Part shown: positions 27,203-39,413 of the stretch, one piece after another | Layout of the letters: each line of letters begins with the position of its first letter | Position numbering within the stretch: position 1 is the stretch's first letter | DNA from: Candidatus Moraniibacteriota bacterium | Lineage (GTDB): Bacteria; Patescibacteriota; Minisyncoccia; Moranbacterales; UBA1568 | Direction: 5' to 3' | NCBI GenBank assembly: GCA_037133435.1 | Contig: JBAXOD010000003.1 | Location: 9,502-73,501, forward strand | DNA length: 64,000 nucleotides | The notes under the pieces: model-generated | Database searches by the model: none | The model's input: the letters and a program-made list of their open reading frames with translations, nothing else | Told to the model about the DNA's origin: nothing | Program-made: the position numbers and the translations under genes

Positions 27203-28644
27203 ACAAACCTTTTTTTATCACCACCGCGATCGACTACGTGAACGGAGAACCGCACGTGGGACACGCCGCCGAGAAAGTGCTGACCGATACGGTTGCACGG
27301 TATCATCGGGACGTCCTCCGAGAGGATACGTTTTTCCTGACAGGTACAGACGAGAACAGTCTCAAGAACGTGCAGGGAGCGGAGAAAGCGGGTCGACCGG
27401 TCGATGAATACGTGAAGGAAAACGCCGAGGCGTTCAAGTCTCTCGGTGATTCACTCGGACTTTCGTTTGATCGATTTATTCGCACGACAGAGGATATCCA
27501 TTTCGCCGGCGCCAAGAAATTCTGGAGCGCGATGAATCCGAATGATCTGTACAAAAAAAGTTATCATGGCCTCTACTGCGTCGGATGTGAAGAATTCAAG
27601 ACGGAGAAGGATCTGATCGATGGGAAGTGTCCGGAACACATGACCGAACCGGAAACGGTCGCGGAGGAGAATTGGTTCTTCCGGCTTTCCTCCTATGGCG
27701 ACCGGCTCAAGAAACTGATCGACTCCGGAGAGATCTCGATCGTGCCGGAATTTCGAAAAAACGAGGTGTTGTCGTTTATCGGCATGGGCCTGGAGGATTT
27801 TTCCGTTTCGCGATCCGTCGCGAGAGCGAAGGGGTGGGGTGTACCGGTGCCCGGCGACGAATCGCAAATCATGTACGTCTGGGTGGACGCGCTTGCAAAT
27901 TATATAACCGCACTTGATTACGCGGGCGACGGTACCGAATATGCGAAATTCTGGGCGGGTGACGGTGAACGGGTTCATATCATCGGCAAAGGCATCCTGC
28001 GTTTCCATGCTATTTATTGGCCGGCTATGTTGCTTTCAGCGAACCTTTCGCTCCCGACGAAGATATATGCACATGAATATCTGACGATCGACGGGGCCAA
28101 GATGTCCAAATCGCTCGGAAACGTCCTGTATCCCGGTGAGCTCGTGGAGCGGTTCGGTAAGGACGGCTCCCGATACCTATTGCTCTCCTCGATACCGTAT
28201 TCCAAGGACGGAGACTTGTCGTGGGCGAAGATGACTGAGAAATTCAATGCCGATCTCGCGAACGGGCTTGGCAATCTCGTGTCGCGCGTGATGCGTCTGT
28301 CCGAAGGGCTCGATGCCGATATGAAAAAAGTCTCGGAAATGCCCGTATTTCCTGAAGAAGTCGCCACGTTGCTTGAATCATACCGTTTCGCGGAAGCGCT
28401 TGAGAAAATCTGGGAGACGGTCCGTGACGCGAACCGCTACATCGAGGAAGAGAAGCCATGGGAGCTCGCGAAGACTGACCGTGAGAAATTCGCCGGCGTA
28501 ATGTCGATCCTGCTCGACCGGCTCGCGTACCTCTCCGTCGCGCTCGTCCCGTTCCTGCCCGACACCGCCGCGAAGATCCGTACATCGCTCGAATCCGGTA
28601 CGACGGAGATTCTTTTCCAAAGGGTGAAGGCAGAAAACAAATAG
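27199..28644 (+). CDS. metG: methionyl-tRNA synthetase (short form)
   Basis: HIGH region (PHVGHAAEKV), KMSKS (KMSKSLGN), zinc knuckle CVGCEEF...C. 481 aa, lacking the C-terminal dimerisation domain. Confidence 0.9.
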   Translation: MNKPFFITTAIDYVNGEPHVGHAAEKVLTDTVARYHRDVLREDTFFLTGTDENSLKNVQGAEKAGRPVDEYVKENAEAFKSLGDSLGLSFDRFIRTTEDIHFAGAKKFWSAMNPNDLYKKSYHGLYCVGCEEFKTEKDLIDGKCPEHMTEPETVAEENWFFRLSSYGDRLKKLIDSGEISIVPEFRKNEVLSFIGMGLEDFSVSRSVARAKGWGVPVPGDESQIMYVWVDALANYITALDYAGDGTEYAKFWAGDGERVHIIGKGILRFHAIYWPAMLLSANLSLPTKIYAHEYLTIDGAKMSKSLGNVLYPGELVERFGKDGSRYLLLSSIPYSKDGDLSWAKMTEKFNADLANGLGNLVSRVMRLSEGLDADMKKVSEMPVFPEEVATLLESYRFAEALEKIWETVRDANRYIEEEKPWELAKTDREKFAGVMSILLDRLAYLSVALVPFLPDTAAKIRTSLESGTTEILFQRVKAENK

Positions 28645-28679
28645 CAGTGAGCAGAGAATAACTACAGTAAACAGGATAT

Positions 28680-29276
28680 ATGAATCGGGAGTGCATCGAA
28701 GAACTTGAACGGGAAATCAAGGGACTTCATTATGAGCCGAAGATTGGGCTGCATAGTTTTTCCGACTCCGAAACGAAGGAATTCTACAAGTGGTTTTGGG
28801 ATATTCATATCAAGCCGGTTATCGGATTCAGTAAGAAAATGGCGGAGAAATACGGAGCCGATATGGAAGTAGTCTGGCTTGGGGCGATGTTGCATGATAT
28901 TGCTCGCCTTGAGGATGCAGAGCCGCACGATGAAATAGGTTCGAAGAAGGCGTATGAATTGCTCGTGAAGCGAGGCTTCGAAACAGATGTCGCGGAGAAA
29001 GTACGTGATGTCGTCCTAAGGCACCGATGTCGGAAATATCCGCCGGAGACATTGGAACAGAAAATCATCGCCTCGGCCGACGCTATGGCGCATTTCATAC
29101 CGCCGTTCTATCTTTGGATAGGAAAATACTCGAACAAGTCGTTTTTCGATGTTCTTGAAAAGAATCGGAAAAAGATAGAGCGTGATTACAACGAGAAAAT
29201 ATTCTTTGAGGATGAGAAAGAATCGGTCAGGGGACAATATGAGGTTTTGAAAGCATGGATGGCGTATGAGGCGTGA
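28680..29276 (+). CDS. HD domain phosphohydrolase
   Basis: H...HD...D signature (LGAMLHDIARLED ... ADAMAHF). AT-rich gene. Confidence 0.6.
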   Translation: MNRECIEELEREIKGLHYEPKIGLHSFSDSETKEFYKWFWDIHIKPVIGFSKKMAEKYGADMEVVWLGAMLHDIARLEDAEPHDEIGSKKAYELLVKRGFETDVAEKVRDVVLRHRCRKYPPETLEQKIIASADAMAHFIPPFYLWIGKYSNKSFFDVLEKNRKKIERDYNEKIFFEDEKESVRGQYEVLKAWMAYEA

Positions 29277-29285
29277 AGTCAAGTT

Positions 29286-29888
29286 ATGAATCCAGAAGTA
29301 AGCGAAATAGAAAATCTTCTTGTTGAGAAAATCCTTCCCGATCTGGAAAAGAGTCGGGGTGGGTTTGATAAGATACATACGTTCGAAGTCGTGGAATGGT
29401 TGAGGAAAATTATGAGTCACCATCCGGAGTTGGGACTCGATGAGGCTGTCATGATCATTGCCGCGTATGCCCATGATTGGGGCTATTCGGACATTTTCAA
29501 GGAAGGGGATGTCATGGATTTCGAGAGGGTCGAGGGCGCGAAGGTACTTCATATGGAGCTTGGATCGAAAAAACTGGAGGCACTTTTGTGTGACGATTTT
29601 TTCGACCTTCTTTCCGAAGAGCGGAAGGCTCGTGCGATTCACCTGGTCGCCGTGCATGACAAGAAATTCGAACTCAAGGATACCGACGAACTGGTACTGA
29701 TGGAAGCCGATATGTTGAGCGCACTTTTTATAGGGGGAGAGAAACCGAAAAATGATGCCGTATGGAACGAGAAATTCATGGAAGCGATGAAAACGACGAG
29801 GTTGCCGAAATTCATTACCGAATACGGGAAAAGGGAGGCGGAACGATTGATAAAAGAGCGGGAGGAGTATTATGATACGTTGAAATAG
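29286..29888 (+). CDS. HD domain phosphohydrolase (paralog of the upstream gene)
   Basis: IAAYAHDWGY ... VAVHDKKF ... EADMLSALF. A tandem paralog; AT-rich. Confidence 0.55.
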   Translation: MNPEVSEIENLLVEKILPDLEKSRGGFDKIHTFEVVEWLRKIMSHHPELGLDEAVMIIAAYAHDWGYSDIFKEGDVMDFERVEGAKVLHMELGSKKLEALLCDDFFDLLSEERKARAIHLVAVHDKKFELKDTDELVLMEADMLSALFIGGEKPKNDAVWNEKFMEAMKTTRLPKFITEYGKREAERLIKEREEYYDTLK

Positions 29889-30036
29889 CCGATATGCTCT
29901 CACCCCTCACCCAGCATACGCGGGTCAAGAGTCATGAATACATGACAGCTCCCCTTCCCAAAGGGACCCTGTTGGGGCTGGCAGGGGAGGAGGAGATCGT
30001 TTCCTCCCTCACTCCCTACTTCTGTCTTCAAGGTCT

Positions 30037-30954
30037 ATGCTTTTCGACACCCATGCCCATGTGAATTTCAACGCCTTCCGCGAAGATGCGGACGAGGTGC
30101 TTCGACGTGCGCTCGAAGCGGGGATATCGGTGGTGAACGTGGGATCGCAATTGTCGACAAGTCGTCGGGCGATAGAATACGCGAAAAAATTCGAAGGTCA
30201 GGGCGTGTATGCCGCGATCGGGTTGCATCCGATACAACTACGCAAGCGGTCGTTCGAGCATCGCGACGACGAGAATGATTGGGAATTGCCGTCAACCGAA
30301 ATCAAGACTATCGGAGAGGGATTTGATTACGATGCGTACCTTGAAATTGCGCGAGACCCGCACGTCGTCGCGATCGGCGAGGTCGGGCTCGACTACCATC
30401 ACTTCGAGGATGGGGACGATGTCGAAGCGATGAAGGAAGAACAGAAGCGCATCCTTCGCGAATTCGTCCGCCTGGCGAATGAGGTCGGCAAGCCGATGAT
30501 GATCCACTGCTGGGGCGTAAAATCGAGCAAGCTCGACCACGCCCGAACGGCCGTAATACCAAACCAGCTCGACCACGCCCGAACGGATGCCTATGACGAC
30601 CTGCTTGCGTTGTTCGATGAAACGGCACCCGAGAAACGGGGCGTGATACACAGCTTCATCGGGAGTCATAAGACCGCGAAAAAATTCCTGGATCGAGGAT
30701 GGAATATCGGTATCAACGGTATCGTTACCTATTCGGATTCGTATGATCGGCTGATTCGCGAAGTACCACTCCAAAGGATCGTCGTCGAGACCGACTGCCC
30801 GTACCTGGCGCCGGTTCCGCAAAAGGGGGAACGGAACGAACCGCTTCTTGTCCGGTTGGTCGTGGAGAAGATCGCATTCGTGAAGGGGATCCCGTTCGAT
30901 GAGACTGCTCGAGTGACGACGGACAACGCGCGAATGATGCTCGGAATCCGATAA
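30037..30954 (+). CDS. tatD: TatD family hydrolase
   Basis: MLFDTHAHVNF, GEVGLDYHH, MMIHCW, ETDCPYLAP. Contains a 25-aa in-frame insertion with an internal 30-bp tandem duplication (LDHARTAVIPNQLDHARTD). Confidence 0.8.
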   Translation: MLFDTHAHVNFNAFREDADEVLRRALEAGISVVNVGSQLSTSRRAIEYAKKFEGQGVYAAIGLHPIQLRKRSFEHRDDENDWELPSTEIKTIGEGFDYDAYLEIARDPHVVAIGEVGLDYHHFEDGDDVEAMKEEQKRILREFVRLANEVGKPMMIHCWGVKSSKLDHARTAVIPNQLDHARTDAYDDLLALFDETAPEKRGVIHSFIGSHKTAKKFLDRGWNIGINGIVTYSDSYDRLIREVPLQRIVVETDCPYLAPVPQKGERNEPLLVRLVVEKIAFVKGIPFDETARVTTDNARMMLGIR

Positions 30955-31014
30955 TCATTGCGGTGATGTGATATAATGAATAAGTAGTGACATATCATTA
31001 ACTGTAAAAAGTAT

Positions 31015-31296
31015 ATGGAAACGAATACGCACGCACAGAACCTGATTAGCGATAACAGTCCGATCGTGCCGCTTTCGGCCATGGGAGGGTCCGACGACGT
31101 GCCTGAGGTACCGGATTCCGCGGTCACCGGCACCGGGCAGGGAAACGGAAACGAGCACATCCGTTTCGGAGGACCTTCGGCAAAGCCGATATCACAGAGC
31201 GAGGATGAGGCGACGGCCGCTTCGGAAGACGTTTTCGATACATTTGGGAACTCCATCAAGACCGATGATGATTCTTCGGTGGAACGCTTCGTTTGA
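31015..31296 (+). CDS. small acidic hypothetical protein
   Basis: 93-aa low-complexity acidic ORF upstream of the atp operon. Weak support. Confidence 0.3.
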   Translation: METNTHAQNLISDNSPIVPLSAMGGSDDVPEVPDSAVTGTGQGNGNEHIRFGGPSAKPISQSEDEATAASEDVFDTFGNSIKTDDDSSVERFV

Positions 31297-31356
31297 TCAG
31301 AACCAGTGGAGGGAGGGAAAAAAATTAAGGAAGGAAAAATATCATTTCCCGTTTTT

Positions 31357-31385
31357 TTGACTTTTCCGCCGGATTTGTCTAGAAT
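31357..31385 (+). promoter_or_regulatory. sigma70-like promoter for the ATP synthase operon (TTGACT-N17-TAGAAT)
   Basis: Read directly about 90 bp upstream of atpB. Confidence 0.45.
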
Positions 31386-31477
31386 ACTCTTTGAGGAGGG
31401 TAAAGAAAGATCGAGTGAGGGCGAAGTGATGCCTTTTTCTTTTTGTCCGGTTCGGATGACTGATTCCCGTCACATAT

Positions 31478-32257
31478 ATGGAAATCTCGATCGTTGCCGA
31501 ACCGTTGTTCTCGATAGCCGGGTTTACCGTAACGAATTCGCTGTTCATGGCGATCGTAGTCTCTTTTTTTGGCTTTATTGCGGTATTTTTACTTATTCAG
31601 CCGAAAAAATTTACAATGGTTCCCAAGGGTGCCCAGAACGTTATCGAAGCGATCTTCGAAGGGCTTCTTTCATTTATGGAAGGAATTACCCAGAATCGCC
31701 GGCAGGCCACGCAGTTTTTCCCGCTAGTCGCCACGATTTTTCTTTTCGTGCTGTTTTCGAATTGGTCCGGTTTGTTGCCGGGAGCGGGAACGATCGGTCT
31801 GCATGAAATGAACGGGGGAAAAGTGATGTTCATTCCGATCATGCGAAGTCCGAGCGCCGACCTCAATATGACGGTCGCACTCTCTCTCATTTCCGTTTTT
31901 TCCGTACAGCTTTTCGGAATCCTCGCACTCGGCCTTCGGGGATACGCGTCGAAATTTTTCGTCGCCCCGTGGAAGGCCCCGTATGTCGTCGGTACGGCGG
32001 TCGGACTCTTGGAACTCATAGGAGAGGGTGCGAAGGTGCTCTCATTCTCCTTCCGTCTTTTCGGTAACGTGTTCGCCGGCGAGGTATTGCTTACGGTGAT
32101 GCTTTCGCTCGTGCCGTACCTGGTCCCGCTCCCGTTTCTGGTCATGGAACTGTTCGTGGGAGTGGTTCAGGCGGGAATATTTTCGCTCCTCACTATCGTC
32201 TTTCTCAAGATGGCGACGGCGGAACATGAAGCGCATGAAGCGCATGAGGCGCACTGA
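31478..32257 (+). CDS. atpB: F0F1 ATP synthase subunit a
   Basis: Multi-TM protein with the conserved ...LSFSFRLFGNVFAGEVLL... segment. Ends in a (HEA)3 repeat encoded by a 9-bp x3 tandem. Confidence 0.85.
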   Translation: MEISIVAEPLFSIAGFTVTNSLFMAIVVSFFGFIAVFLLIQPKKFTMVPKGAQNVIEAIFEGLLSFMEGITQNRRQATQFFPLVATIFLFVLFSNWSGLLPGAGTIGLHEMNGGKVMFIPIMRSPSADLNMTVALSLISVFSVQLFGILALGLRGYASKFFVAPWKAPYVVGTAVGLLELIGEGAKVLSFSFRLFGNVFAGEVLLTVMLSLVPYLVPLPFLVMELFVGVVQAGIFSLLTIVFLKMATAEHEAHEAHEAH

Positions 32258-32302
32258 TCGCGGAGTACGAACTCTCGGTTTATGGAAGCCGGCGGTTCGT
32301 AA

Positions 32303-32575
<273 letters not shown>

Positions 32576-32681
32576 GGCTTTCGATCGGCGGCCGGGAGAG
32601 GATTCTTTCATTGGAAAATCCTCCCGACCGTACATCGGGCACCGTGCTTATCAGGTCCAGACACTATTTTTCATCCGACGT

Positions 32682-33167
32682 ATGGAAATACTCACGCAGA
32701 TCGGCATCGACGGGAAACTCCTCCTCGCGCAGGCGGTGAACTTTTTGATACTTCTGTTCCTGTTGCGGCACTTCGCGTACAAGCCGATGCTCGCGTTCCT
32801 CGAGAAGCGGACGGCACGGATCGAGGAGGGGCTGAAGAACGCCGACGAGGCGAAGAAGCGGCTCGAGGAAGCGACCAAGAACGAGGAAAAGGTGCTCTCG
32901 AAAGCCCATGAAGAGGCCAGAAAGCTTGTGAACGAGGCCAGGGAAGCCGCCGAGAAGCGGGGACAGGAGCTCGTGGCCGAATTTGGAAAGAAAGCTGAAC
33001 GGATTGTCGAGGAAGCGAGGGAACGGGCAGTCGAGGAACGGGAGAAGCTCTTCCGCGAAGCCAAAGGAGAGATTGCCGATCTCGTCATCGCGACGACAGA
33101 GAAAGTGCTTCGCGAGAAGCTCGACACGGAGGACGCGAAAAAGTCGGTGAGTCGATTCCTGGCATAA
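32682..33167 (+). CDS. atpF: F0F1 ATP synthase subunit b
   Basis: N-terminal TM helix followed by a long charged coiled coil. Positioned between atpE and atpH. Confidence 0.75.
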   Translation: MEILTQIGIDGKLLLAQAVNFLILLFLLRHFAYKPMLAFLEKRTARIEEGLKNADEAKKRLEEATKNEEKVLSKAHEEARKLVNEAREAAEKRGQELVAEFGKKAERIVEEARERAVEEREKLFREAKGEIADLVIATTEKVLREKLDTEDAKKSVSRFLA

Positions 33168-33233
33168 AAAGCACTTAGCAATTGGACAATGAAACAATAT
33201 AACAATAGAGCAATTGAACAATAATCTTCGGCA

Positions 33234-33635
33234 ATGAAAATCTCACCGACACAATACGCGAAAGTCCTGGTCGCGCTCTCATCGGAGGGCGGCGATTCGT
33301 CGCGTGTGGCGGCATCATTCCTCTCGTTCGTGCGTAAACACAAAGGGGCGAAGAAACTTTCCGAGATTGTCCGTGCGGCGGAAACGTTTTCTGATGAGGA
33401 GGCCGGACGCGTGTCCCTTTCGGCGGAGACGGCGATTGAAGCGGATGATGCGATGAGAAAAGATATCGCGAAGAATGCCGCAACGCTGTTTCCGGGAAAG
33501 GACGTGTCGCTTTGTTATGTGGTACGACCGGACATTATCGGAGGAGTACGATTCTCTTCAAATGATGAAGTGGTCGATGGTAGTATCCGGGCGAGACTCC
33601 GGGCACTGAAAGGGAAGATGCGAACGAACAACTGA
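33234..33635 (+). CDS. atpH: F0F1 ATP synthase subunit delta (short)
   Basis: Assigned by position in the operon and a C-terminal ...RPDIIGGVRFSSNDEVVDGSIRARL... OSCP-like motif. Confidence 0.65.
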   Translation: MKISPTQYAKVLVALSSEGGDSSRVAASFLSFVRKHKGAKKLSEIVRAAETFSDEEAGRVSLSAETAIEADDAMRKDIAKNAATLFPGKDVSLCYVVRPDIIGGVRFSSNDEVVDGSIRARLRALKGKMRTNN

Positions 33636-34062
33636 AAGTATTACTAACAACTCACAATTAACAACTGACAACGACCGAAAATACAAGAGACGAAGACACT
33701 ATATCAATCTAACAATTTATCAATATAACGATGTAGCTATCGAGTCAACGATTTGTTTCCGGAACGGTCCGGGGACATAAGTCGATTGGAAGATCTAGTG
33801 ACAGATAACAGATATTGATATAAGCATCCCCTTCTCCCTCTGGGAGAAGGTGGATCGGTACTCCGAGACGGATGAGGGTCGGGTTCAGGGACGGGTCTAA
33901 TGAATTCAGACCCTCACCTGTCAGGAATACCTGACATCCTCTCCCGGAGGGAGAGGTGACAGAAAAAGGGAGTGAGGGAGGGGAAGGTTTTGAAGTGGCA
34001 GACAGAAAGACGGAAAAAGGAACCCTATATCGCAATCTATCATTCATTGATTCAAAAACACT

Positions 34063-35601
34063 ATGGCAAACATACTCATCGAGGAACTGAAGAAACAGAT
34101 AGCCGATTTCCGATTCGAAGCGGAGAAGGAATCGATCGGTCGGATACTCGAAACCGGTGACGGCGTAGCACGCCTTTCCGGGCTTTCCGGCGTGGCGGCA
34201 TCCGAAATCATCTCGTTTGAAAGCGGGGCGGTCGGGGTCGCGCTCAATCTCGAAGAGGCCGAGGTCGGCGTGATGATGCTTTCCGGCGGCAACGGCGTCC
34301 GTGAGGGTGAGACGGCCAAGGGGACCGGGAAACTCCTCTCCATTCCTGTGTCCGATGCGATTATCGGACGGGTCGTCGATCCGCTCGGTGTGCCGCTCGA
34401 TGGGCGCGGCGAGATCGCGGGCGAGAAGAAACTCATGCCGATCGAGAAAGTCGCTCCGGGCGTCATCACCCGTCAGGGCGTGAACCAGCCGCTCCAGACC
34501 GGAATCAAGGCAATCGACGCGCTCATCCCGATCGGTCGCGGACAGCGCGAACTGATCATCGGCGATCGTCAGACCGGCAAGACCGCGATCGCGATCGATG
34601 CCATCGTGAATCAGAAGCCAGCCCACAACGCTTCACGTAGTGATGCGGGCGGGGGACAGGACGTGATCTGCGTGTATGTCGCGGTCGGTCAGAAGGAATC
34701 CAAAGTCGCGCGTATCCTCGGCGAACTTACGAAACGTGGGGCGATGGAGTATACGATCATCGTTTCGGCCGGCGCATCCGACCCGGCGGCGCTCTCGTTC
34801 CTCGCACCGTATGCCGGTTGTGCAATCGGCGAATATTTCATGGACCAAGGCAAAGATGTACTCGTCATCTATGATGATCTTTCCAAGCATGCGTGGGCGT
34901 ATCGGCAGATCGCGCTCATCTTGCGTCGTCCGCCGGGACGCGAGGCCTATCCGGGCGACGTGTTCTATCTTCATTCACGGCTCCTTGAGCGGAGCGCCAA
35001 GATGAACCAGGAGAACGGCGGCGGGTCGCTCACCGCGCTTCCGATCATTGAGACACAGGCCGGCGACGTGTCCGCCTATATCCCGACGAACGTCATTTCC
35101 ATCACCGACGGACAGATCTATCTCGAATCCGATCTCTTCCACAAGGGCATCCGCCCAGCGCTCAATGTCGGTCTCTCAGTTTCCCGCGTGGGTTCCGCCG
35201 CACAGATCAAGGCGATGAAACAGGTCGCGGGCACCTTGCGACTCGACCTTGCGCAGTTCCGCGAACTCGAGGCTTTCGCACAGTTCGGTTCCGACCTCGA
35301 CGAGAAGACCCGCTCACTCATCGAACGCGGTCGCCGGTCGGTGGAAGTCCTGAAACAGGGTCAGTATTCGCCGCTCTCCGTGGAGCAGGAAGTCGCGGTG
35401 CTCTATGCGCTCTCGCGCGGATATCTCGATACCGTGCCGGCCGACAAGATTCGTTCCTGGGAAAAGGAATTTCTCGAGTATCTCGCTTCCGAAGGGGAAG
35501 ATGTGCTTTCGGCGATCCGAGAGAAGAAAGCGCTCGACGAGGAGACGGAATCGATGTTGAAAGCGAGAATAGAAGAATTTGGAAAGAGATTTTCGGAGTA
35601 A
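34063..35601 (+). CDS. atpA: F0F1 ATP synthase subunit alpha
   Basis: P-loop [15 protein letters not shown], 512 aa. Contains a ~13-aa in-frame hairpin-element insertion ([14 protein letters not shown]) right after the P-loop helix. Confidence 0.92.
   Translation: MANILIEELKKQIADFRFEAEKESIGRILETGDGVARLSGLSGVAASEIISFESGAVGVALNLEEAEVGVMMLSGGNGVREGETAKGTGKLLSIPVSDAIIGRVVDPLGVPLDGRGEIAGEKKLMPIEKVAPGVITRQGVNQPLQTGIKAIDALIPIGRGQRELIIGDRQTGKTAIAIDAIVNQKPAHNASRSDAGGGQDVICVYVAVGQKESKVARILGELTKRGAMEYTIIVSAGASDPAALSFLAPYAGCAIGEYFMDQGKDVLVIYDDLSKHAWAYRQIALILRRPPGREAYPGDVFYLHSRLLERSAKMNQENGGGSLTALPIIETQAGDVSAYIPTNVISITDGQIYLESDLFHKGIRPALNVGLSVSRVGSAAQIKAMKQVAGTLRLDLAQFRELEAFAQFGSDLDEKTRSLIERGRRSVEVLKQGQYSPLSVEQEVAVLYALSRGYLDTVPADKIRSWEKEFLEYLASEGEDVLSAIREKKALDEETESMLKARIEEFGKRFSE
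34620..34655 (+). repeat. palindromic hairpin element inserted in-frame in atpA
   Basis: gcccacaacgcttcacgtagtgatgcgggcggggga is nearly identical in its 3' arm to the intergenic copies at 4209 and 48059. Confidence 0.5.
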
Positions 35602-35738
35602 TCATGATGTTTTCCAGTTTTGTCATCCCGGGCTTGACCCGGGATCCAAGGAGTAGATTCCGGCTCGTGGGCCGGAATGACAGACCGGTGTTGTCGGTTG
35701 TAAGTGGTAAGTTGTAAGTCGTAAGTTCGCGAAGCGCT

Positions 35739-36617
35739 ATGCCGAACGTGGCCGATATCAGACGGAGAATAAAGGGCGTGAAGAGCACGGGGAAAATCAC
35801 CCGGGCTATGGAAATGGTGTCCGCCGCCAAGGTTCGCCGTGCGGTTCAGACTGCAACGGCACTTCGACCGTATGCCGAGGAGGCGATATCAGTACTTCGT
35901 CAGGTCCGCCTCGCATTCCCCGAGAACAAGCATCCGCTCCTTGAAACGCGTGAGACGAACAAACGGATCGTTCTCTTGGTCAGTGGGAATCGTGGACTCG
36001 CCGGGACATTCTATGCGCAACTCTTCCGCGCGCTTCGTGCACACCTGTCGGATATTTCCGGCGAGGTGTCATTCATCACGATCGGCAAGAAGAGCGACGC
36101 GCAGGCGAAACGGATGGAAAAGGACGTACTCGCGTCGTTCCCGGATATTCTCGCTCTTCCCACGGCGGAGTCGGTGCGTCCGGTCGCCAAGATGCTCCTC
36201 GAAGAATATCGTTCCGGTCGGACGGACCGTATCGAGGTGGCCTATACGAACTTCTTTTCCATGATGCGGCAGGAGCCGGTCATACGGACGATCCTCCCGA
36301 TCTCGTCGGAAGAGGCGGAGTCCGAGCTCGAAGTCTCGGGTCGCAAACCGGAAGAGGGGAAATACGCGATCGAACCGGGGCCGGACGCGGTACTCGAGAC
36401 GATGGTGCCGCGGCTCCTCGAGGTCGAGATCTTTCACGCGATCCTCGAATCGAATGCGTCACAAGAAGCGGCGCGCATGATGGCGATGCGAAGCGCGACC
36501 GATGCGGCGACTGAGATGGCTGAGGGACTTACGCTCTCCTATAACCAGCTGCGACAGTCCAAGATCACCCAGGAAATCGCCGAGCTCTCGGCGGGGAAAG
36601 CAGCTTTGGAAAACTGA
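35739..36617 (+). CDS. atpG: F0F1 ATP synthase subunit gamma
   Basis: Starts MPNVADIRRRIKGVKSTGKITRAMEMVSAAKVRRA; ends ...YNQLRQSKITQEIAELSAG. Both are canonical. Confidence 0.85.
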   Translation: MPNVADIRRRIKGVKSTGKITRAMEMVSAAKVRRAVQTATALRPYAEEAISVLRQVRLAFPENKHPLLETRETNKRIVLLVSGNRGLAGTFYAQLFRALRAHLSDISGEVSFITIGKKSDAQAKRMEKDVLASFPDILALPTAESVRPVAKMLLEEYRSGRTDRIEVAYTNFFSMMRQEPVIRTILPISSEEAESELEVSGRKPEEGKYAIEPGPDAVLETMVPRLLEVEIFHAILESNASQEAARMMAMRSATDAATEMAEGLTLSYNQLRQSKITQEIAELSAGKAALEN

Positions 36618-36732
36618 CAACGTACAACGTACAACTAACAACTTATAACTTACAACGGGGAAATCGCAGTTAACAATGAACAACTAACAACTAACGACAG
36701 GGAAATCATAACTAACAACCAACAACGACTGA
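36612..36732 (+). repeat. longest ACAACTN heptamer array in the window
   Basis: ctgacaacgtacaacgtacaactaacaacttataacttacaacgggg ... caactaacaactaacgacaggg ... actaacaaccaacaacgac. Similar arrays lie at about 33625, 35690(-), 38344, 38824(-), 43557, 44591, 45781, 45850(-) and 60233. Confidence 0.6.
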
Positions 36733-36942
36733 AAATGCACACGAAGAAAACAATGTAACAATACGGCAATAGAGTAGTGGAGCAATATGACAATGTAAAT
36801 ATCGAAAGTCGATTTGAAAGGGAGGAAGTGAGAATGAAAAATTAAGTGGATTCTTTGCTCCCACCCCTCAGTCTCGAAGACTCGACAGCTCCCCTCGGGC
36901 AGGGGAGCGGGCGGGAAAAGAATGAACGTAATCTCGTATTAG

Positions 36943-38349
<1,407 letters not shown>

Positions 38350-38462
38350 CAACCAACAACTGACAACGGGGAGCGGGGAGGGGACTGACAACTAACAACT
38401 AACAACTGACCACTGACAACGGGGAATTGGGAGTAGGGGGGTGATTTGAAATAGTAAAAGAT

Positions 38463-38822
38463 ATGGAAAAATTCCGGTTCAGGAAATGGAAAGTGTACAA
38501 TGATTCGCAGGAGCTCTTTTCCCTTATTCTGAAAATTGTTAAGGATCTACCGAAAGAATTCCGTTTCGAAATAGGAAGTCAGATGATCCATGCCGCCTTG
38601 TCGGTAGCGCTTAATATTGCGGAAGGAAGTGGAAAAACTACGGATAAGGAACTGAATCGTTTTCTGAATATTTCCCTCGGCTCCCTCTATGAGACGATGA
38701 CGGCAATGGATGCGTTGAAATTAAACGGGATGGTTCAAGAAGAGCGGTATGATGAGGCGATGAAACAGATAGATGGGATTTCAAACCAGCTTGGTGGGTT
38801 AAAGAAAACACTTGTGAAATGA
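38463..38822 (+). CDS. four-helix-bundle protein (23S rRNA IVS protein / Avd-like family) inserted between atpD and atpC
   Basis: The 119-aa protein (ELFSLILKIVKDLPKEFRFEIGSQMIHAALSVALNIAEGSGKTTDKELNRFLNISLGSLYET...) fits the family. It is flanked by heptamer arrays in opposite orientations: acaactN upstream, ttgtaag downstream. Confidence 0.65.
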   Translation: MEKFRFRKWKVYNDSQELFSLILKIVKDLPKEFRFEIGSQMIHAALSVALNIAEGSGKTTDKELNRFLNISLGSLYETMTAMDALKLNGMVQEERYDEAMKQIDGISNQLGGLKKTLVK

Positions 38823-38850
38823 CGGTTGTAAGTTGTAAGTTGTAAGTTGT

Positions 38851-39294
38851 ATGTTACTCAGACTGAAGATAGTGACGCCGGAACGGCTCGTGCTCGAAGA
38901 GGACGTGTATTCGGTGACGTTGCCGGCCGAGGACGGGGAGATCACTGTATTGCCGGACCATATCCCGTATATCGGGTCGCTCCGGTCCGGGGAGATTTTC
39001 TTTCGCCGAGAGGCGAACGCGGAGCCGGAGAGTCTTGCGACCTCGGGCGGGTTCGTGGAGCTCCACGGCAATGTCCTGTCCGTCATGGCCGATACCGCCG
39101 AACGTGCCGAGGAGATCGACCTCGAACGTGCCGAAGTGGCGAAGAAGAAAGCCGAGGAGCTCAAGGCCGAGCGGCATCTGCTCGACGACGAACAATATGC
39201 CCGTGTCGCGGCGTCTTTGGAGAAAGAATTCGCCCGGCTGCACGTCGCCCACAAACATCGGAGTAAAGGCGGATTCGTCGCTCCGGGACAGTAG
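38851..39294 (+). CDS. atpC: F0F1 ATP synthase subunit epsilon
   Basis: The N-terminal beta-sandwich start (LRLKIVTPERLVLEEDVYSVTLPAEDGEITVLPDHIPYIGSL) is typical, and the gene closes the operon. Confidence 0.8.
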   Translation: MLLRLKIVTPERLVLEEDVYSVTLPAEDGEITVLPDHIPYIGSLRSGEIFFRREANAEPESLATSGGFVELHGNVLSVMADTAERAEEIDLERAEVAKKKAEELKAERHLLDDEQYARVAASLEKEFARLHVAHKHRSKGGFVAPGQ

Positions 39295-39316
39295 GAATAG
39301 AATATCTGGCAACTTT

Positions 39317-39358
39317 GCAGAGTCGCTCCGGTGGAGCGACTCTGCTTGATTTTCGGCT
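39317..39358 (+). terminator. Rho-independent terminator after atpC
   Basis: gcagagtcgctcc-ggtg-gagcgactctgc followed by ttgattttc. Confidence 0.55.
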
Positions 39359-39413
39359 TGAAAAAAGGCGGGGAGTGCGTTAGAGTAGGGGGAGTAATCG
39401 TGATGTTTGCATT

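Noticed and set aside
31306-31806. 166-aa ORF overlapping the start of atpB in another frame
   Set aside because: It overlaps the well-supported atpB and the promoter region. Low-complexity and probably spurious.
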